Origin: an uncultured Candidatus Saccharibacteria bacterium
GTDB lineage: Bacteria > Patescibacteriota > UBA1384 > XYA2-FULL-43-10 > 1-14-0-10-43-13
Direction: 5' to 3'
Assembly: GCA_964543385.1 (NCBI GenBank)
Contig: CAZIYE010000001.1
Span: 356,933-420,932 of the forward strand
Length of the DNA stretch: 64,000 nt
A model generated the notes under the pieces. It was not told the DNA's origin. It saw only the letters and a list, made by a program, of their open reading frames with translations, and did no database searches. Within the stretch, counting starts at the first letter, position 1; each line of letters starts with the position of its first letter. This document shows, in pieces, positions 59,319 through 64,000 of this stretch. The position numbers and the translations under genes are program-made.

Positions 59319-60473
59319 CTAATCAACTCTGTCGATTATGCCGCCGCCGACAACTTCATCGCCATGATAGAAGACAGCACTTTGCCCGGGAGTGACGGCT
59401 CTTTGTGATACATCCAGAATGACCTTGAACTTTCCTTCCTGAATCTCATTGATTTGGCAGGTGACCTCTCTGGCCTTATACCGAATTCTAACCTTTAAAT
59501 CTCCATAGTCTGATCTGGGACCAGTCCAATATGTATTTACAATTTCAAACTCTTTTTTATATAGATCTTCATCAGCGCCGACAATTAGCTCATTTTTGCG
59601 TAAATCAAATCCAATAGCATAAAGAGGCTTCTTATTTTCACCTTTATTCATAATTTTTAATTCTTGATTGACATCCTTACGTTGGCCGATTGTGTAGTTA
59701 ACCAACCCGTTATGAATACCTACTGTAAAACCACTCTTGTCAACAATTTTACCGGATTTAAAATATGACTCGTCTAGATGTCTTTTTAGAAATTCACGAT
59801 AATCATTCCCTGCTACAAAACAAATTTCTTGGCTATCTTTTTTCTTATAAGTAAGCAGACCTTCTTTCTCTGCAATTGCCCTAGTGTCTTCCTTGCTCAT
59901 TTCTGAAAGTGGAAATACAACTTTAGAGAGTTTATCCTGACCAAGCTGATACAGAAAATAAGATTGATCCTTAGCTTTATCAAAGCCCTTAGAGAGATGA
60001 TAAAATTCTTCATCATCTTGGGTTATTTTTGCATAATGTCCAGTCGCAAGCTTATCGCATCCAACTTTTTCCGCAAAATCTAAAAGCCATCCAAACTTTA
60101 TTTTTTGATTGCATAGAATGCATGGATTTGGGGTTCTTAGGTTTTTATATTCATCAATAAAATAATCAACGATCTCTTTTTTAAACACCTTCCGAGCGTC
60201 TACTACATAAAACGTTATTCCTAATTGAGTAGCAACTTTGCGTGCATCCATCAAGGCTCGTTCATCGCAGCAAGCATTCTCCGATGTACCGCAAGGATCG
60301 TGCCAAAGCTTCATAAAAAAGCCGACAACATCATATCCTTGTTGTTTTAGAAGCAACGCTGAAACAGAGGAATCAACTCCTCCGGACATGCCCACCGCAA
60401 CTTTTATTTTCGATTTGTCCAATATAATTCCATTCTGATATAGAACTTGATGATACCCTTGATCTGTTACCAA
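59319..60473 (-). CDS. mnmA: tRNA-specific 2-thiouridylase
   Basis: PP-loop …KIKVAVGMSGGVDSSV…; …CNQKIKFGWLLDFA…; TTG start in track, true start possibly slightly downstream. Confidence 0.85.
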   Translation of the reverse strand: MVTDQGYHQVLYQNGIILDKSKIKVAVGMSGGVDSSVSALLLKQQGYDVVGFFMKLWHDPCGTSENACCDERALMDARKVATQLGITFYVVDARKVFKKEIVDYFIDEYKNLRTPNPCILCNQKIKFGWLLDFAEKVGCDKLATGHYAKITQDDEEFYHLSKGFDKAKDQSYFLYQLGQDKLSKVVFPLSEMSKEDTRAIAEKEGLLTYKKKDSQEICFVAGNDYREFLKRHLDESYFKSGKIVDKSGFTVGIHNGLVNYTIGQRKDVNQELKIMNKGENKKPLYAIGFDLRKNELIVGADEDLYKKEFEIVNTYWTGPRSDYGDLKVRIRYKAREVTCQINEIQEGKFKVILDVSQRAVTPGQSAVFYHGDEVVGGGIIDRVD

Positions 60474-60487
60474 ATAAATGGTATAAA
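60459..60487 (+). promoter_or_regulatory. sigma70-like promoter (TTGATC-17-TATAAA) for the Cys-rich peptide gene
   Basis: Hexamers and 17-nt spacer read directly; overlaps the mnmA start region on the opposite strand. Confidence 0.35.
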
Positions 60488-60502
60488 TATGCTTATCATT
60501 TT

Positions 60503-60528
60503 CGATATCCTAACGGATATCGTTTTTG
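60503..60528 (+). promoter_or_regulatory. leader hairpin plus U-tract (attenuator-like) between the promoter and the SD
   Basis: Perfect 8-bp palindrome cgatatcc-taac-ggatatcg followed by TTTTTGG. Confidence 0.4.
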
Positions 60529-60554
60529 GTAAAACCCCTATTGGAGGATGTTCG

Positions 60555-60722
60555 ATGATTAACCCCTGCCTGCGCGCCCAATTGCGGCGCGACGTCGCCC
60601 GTCGCTGGAAGGCGACCACGGAAGCACTCCGTAACTCTGAATGCCAGAACTGCGTTCTCGCAGACAGCGGATCGTGCGCTCCGGCCAACTGTCCGGGCCA
60701 TCAGGCCCAATCGCGGCACTAG
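60555..60722 (+). CDS. 55-aa Cys-rich peptide (GC-rich cassette)
   Basis: GGAGG SD 7 nt upstream of ATG; MINPCLRAQLRRDVARRWKATTEALRNSECQNCVLADSGSCAPANCPGHQAQSRH (CxxC-x7-C-x4-C at the C-terminus; basic N-terminus). Confidence 0.45.
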   Translation: MINPCLRAQLRRDVARRWKATTEALRNSECQNCVLADSGSCAPANCPGHQAQSRH

Positions 60723-60734
60723 CCGCACTGCGTC

Positions 60735-60770
60735 CCGCCACTCCCCTCAAAGGAGTGGCGGTTCTTTTTA
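60735..60770 (+). terminator. strong intrinsic terminator of the peptide gene, abutting the folD stop
   Basis: ccgccactcc-cctcaaa-ggagtggcgg followed by TTCTTTTTA. Confidence 0.7.
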
Positions 60771-61610
60771 TCCAACAACATTTTTAAACAACATTGCAAT
60801 AGTTACTGGTCCTATCCCACCAGGGACAGGAGTATAATAACGTGACTTTTCGTAAGCTTCTGGATCAATATCGCCAATAAAATCACCATTTTCCTCTGCC
60901 GTTCCAGCGTCGATTAGAACAACGCCGTCTTTGACCATATTTTCTTTTATTAATTTTGGGCTACCCGTAGCAGAAATTATAATGTCAGCATCCTTGATTG
61001 TTTCTACAAGATCATTCTTGCCTTTGTTGACCACCCTTAGATCAGCTTCTTTAAAATCCTCAATCAGACATTTCTGAAGTGGTGAGCCGACAAGAAAACC
61101 AAGACCTACTTGAGCAATCTTAGTTTTTTCATTTATTCTGGCTCCAGAACGTTTTATAGCTTCAAGAATTGCTAAAACGACCGGCGGTTTAAATTTAGAG
61201 TCCAACCCTGCACAGAAGCGAAGACCGTCAATGTCCTTGTCAGGACTGATTTTTGCAATCAGCTTTTCTCGGCTGAAAACTTTAGGAAGAGGAATTTGGA
61301 TCATAATACCATCAGTCTCTGGATCATTATTCAAATAGTTTATAGCTTCAATAATTTCTTCCTCTGAATCCTTCTCACCAAATGTATATAGGCAAAACTG
61401 GATACCAGTTTTCTCAGCCATTTTCTTTTTTAGCTCAACATACTGACGACAAATAGGATTATCTCCAATCAAAAAAACAGCCATTGTTGGCTTTCTCTTC
61501 ATCGTTACTATTTTATTTGCAAGATCACTCAAGATTTCGTCTCGGATCTTTTTACCATCAAAATAATTTTCCATACGAACTATATTAGCAGAAAACACTC
61601 GACTTGTCAT
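60768..61610 (-). CDS. folD: bifunctional methylene-THF dehydrogenase/cyclohydrolase
   Basis: …DGKKIRDEILSDL…; …GDNPICRQYVELKKK…; …VVNKGKNDLVETIKDADIIISATGSPKLI…; probable true start ATG at 61574. Confidence 0.85.
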   Translation of the reverse strand: MTSRVFSANIVRMENYFDGKKIRDEILSDLANKIVTMKRKPTMAVFLIGDNPICRQYVELKKKMAEKTGIQFCLYTFGEKDSEEEIIEAINYLNNDPETDGIMIQIPLPKVFSREKLIAKISPDKDIDGLRFCAGLDSKFKPPVVLAILEAIKRSGARINEKTKIAQVGLGFLVGSPLQKCLIEDFKEADLRVVNKGKNDLVETIKDADIIISATGSPKLIKENMVKDGVVLIDAGTAEENGDFIGDIDPEAYEKSRYYTPVPGGIGPVTIAMLFKNVVG

Positions 61611-61622
61611 CAGTATTAGCAG

Positions 61623-62015
61623 CTATTTATTTTTCTTGCCTTCATAATCAGCGATAGCCTTTTGCAGAGCTTCAGCCGAAAGAATCGAACAGTGATATTT
61701 TTGTTTCGGCAAAATACCAAGAGCTTTATTGATGTCATCTCTAGTCATTTTCTTGACTTCCTTAATAGTCGCTCCTTTAGCAAGCTCTGTCATCATACTC
61801 GAAGCAGCAATAGCTGCTGCACAACCAAGCGTCTTGAACTTAACATCCTCGATATAATCAATGCCGGCCTCATTCTTGGCTACCTTAATATAAACATGCA
61901 TAATATCACCACACTTCATATTTCCAACTTGACCGACACCATCAGCATTCTCAATCTCCCCCACATTGCGTGGATTATAGAAATGATCTAATGCTTCTTT
62001 TGTATACTCTTCCAT
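61623..62015 (-). CDS. iscU: Fe-S cluster scaffold IscU/NifU-like
   Basis: …GNMKCGDIMHVYIKV…, …FKTLGCAAAIAASSMMTE… (three conserved Cys). Confidence 0.8.
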   Translation of the reverse strand: MEEYTKEALDHFYNPRNVGEIENADGVGQVGNMKCGDIMHVYIKVAKNEAGIDYIEDVKFKTLGCAAAIAASSMMTELAKGATIKEVKKMTRDDINKALGILPKQKYHCSILSAEALQKAIADYEGKKNK

Positions 62016-62037
62016 ATATATCCTTGAATTATAGCCT

Positions 62038-63261
62038 CTACTTAAATGGGCTCATCTTTCTTAATTTATCAATAATTCCTGGCAAAACTTCAATAACTTT
62101 ATCAACTTCCTCATCGGTTGTATAACGACTTAGAGAAAATCTGATTGAACCATGTGCCTTCTCTGGCACAATACCCATAGCCGATAAGACATGACTAGGA
62201 TCTAATGATCTTGAAGTACAGGCAGACCCTGATGAAACAGCAATCCCTAAGAAATCCAGATTCAACACGATGGCCTCTCCCTCAGCATTTATAAAACTGA
62301 AATTTACAATATGAGGTGCATGCCTCTCTTTGCTACCGTTGAATATTATATCGGGTATAGATTTTTCCAGAGAAGTAACTAATTTATCTCTAAGCTTTAT
62401 AAGCCTTTTTGCTTCATGGCTAAACTTTAGCTCTGGCAGACCATTATTGATCAAATTATCAGACTCAGATCTCTCTTTAAGGATAAGATCAAGCGCTTTT
62501 GAAAAACCTGCTATTCCAGAAATGTTCTCCGTTCCTGCTCTTTTGCGTAGTTCCTGACTGCCACCAGTGATTTGAGATTTTATTTTAATATTATTTCGAA
62601 GATACAAAGCACCGATCCCCTTCGGTCCATGAAGTTTGTGAGCCGTGAATGTTAGCAAATCGACTTTCAAATACTCAGGTGAAATCTCAAAAAATTCTGC
62701 AGCTTGGACAGCATCAGTATGAAAATAGATCCGACTCTCTTCGTCACGATTTATATTTTCTTTTTCAAGCATGAGACCAATCTCCCTGATAGGAGAAATT
62801 ACGCCGGTCTCATTATTAACATAGATTATTGAAACTAACGTTGTATTGTCTTTTATAGCTTCTCGGACTGAATCAGCTGAAATAATCCCATTATTATCAG
62901 GTTTGATATAAGTAGCTTCGACTTTACCCTCTTTTTCAAGATCTTGTATTGTATGAAGCACAGCATGATGCTCGACCGCACTTGTAATGATATGGGCTTT
63001 CTTTCCACTTTCCACTATTCCCCTGATCGCTAGATTATCTGATTCGGATCCACCAGAAGTAAAAATTATCTCCTCAGGCTCACAGCCGGCAAAGAAGCTA
63101 ACGAATCGGCGCCCATCATCTATTATTTTCCTCGCCTCCTGACCGACAGAATGAATTGATGAAGGATTGCCAAAATATTTCGAATTTACATCGTTTATTG
63201 TCTGAACCACCTCTTTTGCGACTTGAGTCGTCGCAGCGTTGTCTAAATATATTCTATCCAT
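62038..63261 (-). CDS. iscS: cysteine desulfurase IscS/NifS
   Basis: 407 aa; PLP lysine TFTAHKLHGPKGIGALY; active-site …SSGSACTS…. Confidence 0.9.
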   Translation of the reverse strand: MDRIYLDNAATTQVAKEVVQTINDVNSKYFGNPSSIHSVGQEARKIIDDGRRFVSFFAGCEPEEIIFTSGGSESDNLAIRGIVESGKKAHIITSAVEHHAVLHTIQDLEKEGKVEATYIKPDNNGIISADSVREAIKDNTTLVSIIYVNNETGVISPIREIGLMLEKENINRDEESRIYFHTDAVQAAEFFEISPEYLKVDLLTFTAHKLHGPKGIGALYLRNNIKIKSQITGGSQELRKRAGTENISGIAGFSKALDLILKERSESDNLINNGLPELKFSHEAKRLIKLRDKLVTSLEKSIPDIIFNGSKERHAPHIVNFSFINAEGEAIVLNLDFLGIAVSSGSACTSRSLDPSHVLSAMGIVPEKAHGSIRFSLSRYTTDEEVDKVIEVLPGIIDKLRKMSPFK

Positions 63262-63284
63262 AAAAACTCTATGATTTAATCAAC

Positions 63285-63494
63285 CTACTCATTAATCTTT
63301 TTAGCTATTTTTCTTAAATCCTGCAAACAGGCTTTGCAGCCAGAACCAGAGATTAAATTTTCAAATTCCTCTTTTGAAACGAGATAAGCAACCGACTTTG
63401 AATACCTATTAACTTCATAAATTTCCCCTGCTTCAACTTCCTTAATAATTTTCGAAAGGTGATTTTGTAATTCGTTTGTAGTAATTTTTTTCAT
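63285..63494 (-). CDS. Phd/YefM-fold small DNA-binding protein with C-terminal CxxC, in IscR-like position upstream of iscS
   Basis: MKKITTNELQNHLSKIIKEVEAGEIYEVNRYSKSVAYLVSKEEFENL… matches the Phd/YefM antitoxin N-domain; tail …SGSGCKACLQDLRK…; no toxin gene follows, and iscS starts 23 nt downstream. Confidence 0.55.
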   Translation of the reverse strand: MKKITTNELQNHLSKIIKEVEAGEIYEVNRYSKSVAYLVSKEEFENLISGSGCKACLQDLRKIAKKINE

Positions 63495-63510
63495 ATATGT
63501 TTATGGTTAT

Positions 63511-63557
63511 GTAATATAACAAGTAATATAACAAGTAATATAACAAGTAATATAACA
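63511..63557. repeat. 12-nt tandem repeat GTAATATAACAA x3.9
   Basis: Read directly; begins 17 nt upstream of the Phd/YefM-like gene start. On the minus strand it is TTGTTATATTAC x4 and contains -35-like TTGTTA hexamers. Confidence 0.9.
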
Positions 63558-63602
63558 TTTAAGGAATTGCCTGTCAATTAGTAAACATAAAACGAAAACG
63601 AG

Positions 63603-63630
63603 CCCTGGTACATCATGTACACAGGGCCCG
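63603..63630 (-). terminator. intrinsic terminator of the truncated high-GC gene
   Basis: Minus strand: ccctgtgtaca-tga-tgtac(c)aggg followed by CTCGTTTTCGTTTTATG. Confidence 0.6.
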
Positions 63631-63661
63631 CTCGGATTTTTGACCTGAGCGCGAACGCCCG

Positions 63662-64000
63662 GGTCATCTCCCACTTCCTTTGTTCAGCTCCACCAGCGGT
63701 CCGATGACCACCTTCTGGAGCATGATCCTACGATTCTCGGGGTTCCGCAGCCTCCAGCTGTCTCCTCCCAGGAATCGGCGCTGCTCAGCAGCAGACAGCC
63801 CCTTCCAGCGTGGATCCTTCGCCTGAGCGGCGATCTCAGCATCGCTGTTTGGGACGCCGCACTCGAGTAGCACCTTGTTCTCGATCGTGTTATAACCACC
63901 GAGAACATCGAAGGTCTTTGCTAAAGTGCAGTTGACTGGCTTGCCGAACCGTTTCCGGCCATAGCCCTGATCAAGCAGAACATTCTCGATCAGTCCGGCC
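63662..64000 (-). CDS. C-terminal part of a high-GC gene of unknown function (continues beyond window end)
   Basis: Open frame from the window edge: …AGLIENVLLDQGYGRKRFGKPVNCTLAKTFDVLGGYNTIENKVLLECGVPNSDAEIAAQAKDPRWKGLSAAEQRRFLGGDSWRLRNPENRRIMLQKVVIGPLVELNKGSGR*; strongly G+C-rich. Confidence 0.4.

Noticed and set aside
60555-60722. TusA-like sulfur carrier assignment for the Cys-rich peptide
   Set aside because: TusA has an N-terminal CPxP motif in an ~80-aa alpha/beta fold; here CPG is C-terminal within a Cys cluster and the protein is only 55 aa.
63511-63557. CRISPR array
   Set aside because: Only a contiguous 12-nt tandem repeat with no spacers; no cas genes in the window.

Overview
This 64-kb window looks like a low-GC bacterial chromosome of the CPR/Patescibacteria type. 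By eye the host genes are about one-third G+C. The features behind the CPR call are short versions of AlaRS (587 aa) and S1, an mreBCD/PBP2 plus ftsA block, an orphan sensor kinase, many small membrane proteins, and no biosynthetic operons apart from an apparently imported pyrFE pair. Almost all host genes are housekeeping genes on the minus strand. In window order they are serS (partial), lysS, greA, mrdA, mreDCB, mltG, ruvX, ftsA, cdsA, alaS, corA, nrnA, rpsA, secG, yifB, glmS, miaA, comEA, recG, mnmA, folD and iscU-iscS. Plus-strand blocks include an FtsX/ABC pair, a glycosyltransferase, the complete F1Fo ATP synthase operon (atpI-like, B, E, F, H, A, G, D, C), and an ABC-2/NUDIX/DUF2207 cluster. 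Eight tRNA genes are present, all with encoded CCA, including four Leu isoacceptors plus Val, Trp, Cys and Phe. I found no rRNA, CRISPR array, transposase or integrase. The striking signal is a set of at least six short segments that are sharply G+C-rich, roughly 50-60% by eye. Each has its own G-rich Shine-Dalgarno and an intrinsic terminator, and each sits between conserved host genes. The first is a translationally coupled pyrF-pyrE pair at 12.2-14.1 kb. The second is a membrane-anchored protein plus a promoter-to-terminator ~150-nt structured RNA at 31.6-32.4 kb, just upstream of the atp operon. The third and fourth are two antisense mini-genes placed between atpG and atpD and between atpD and atpC. 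One of them is Cys-rich, the other is a 2-TM peptide, and a near-consensus restart promoter stands in front of atpD. The fifth is a 55-aa Cys-rich peptide gene between mnmA and folD. The sixth is a truncated gene at the window end. Next to it, a Phd/YefM-fold protein with a C-terminal CxxC motif and a 12-nt tandem-repeat promoter sits in the IscR position upstream of iscS-iscU. I cannot assign a known function to these cassettes. Together they are the strongest candidate for a horizontally acquired system, possibly taken from a high-GC host or donor. An assembly chimera is the main alternative and must be excluded first.
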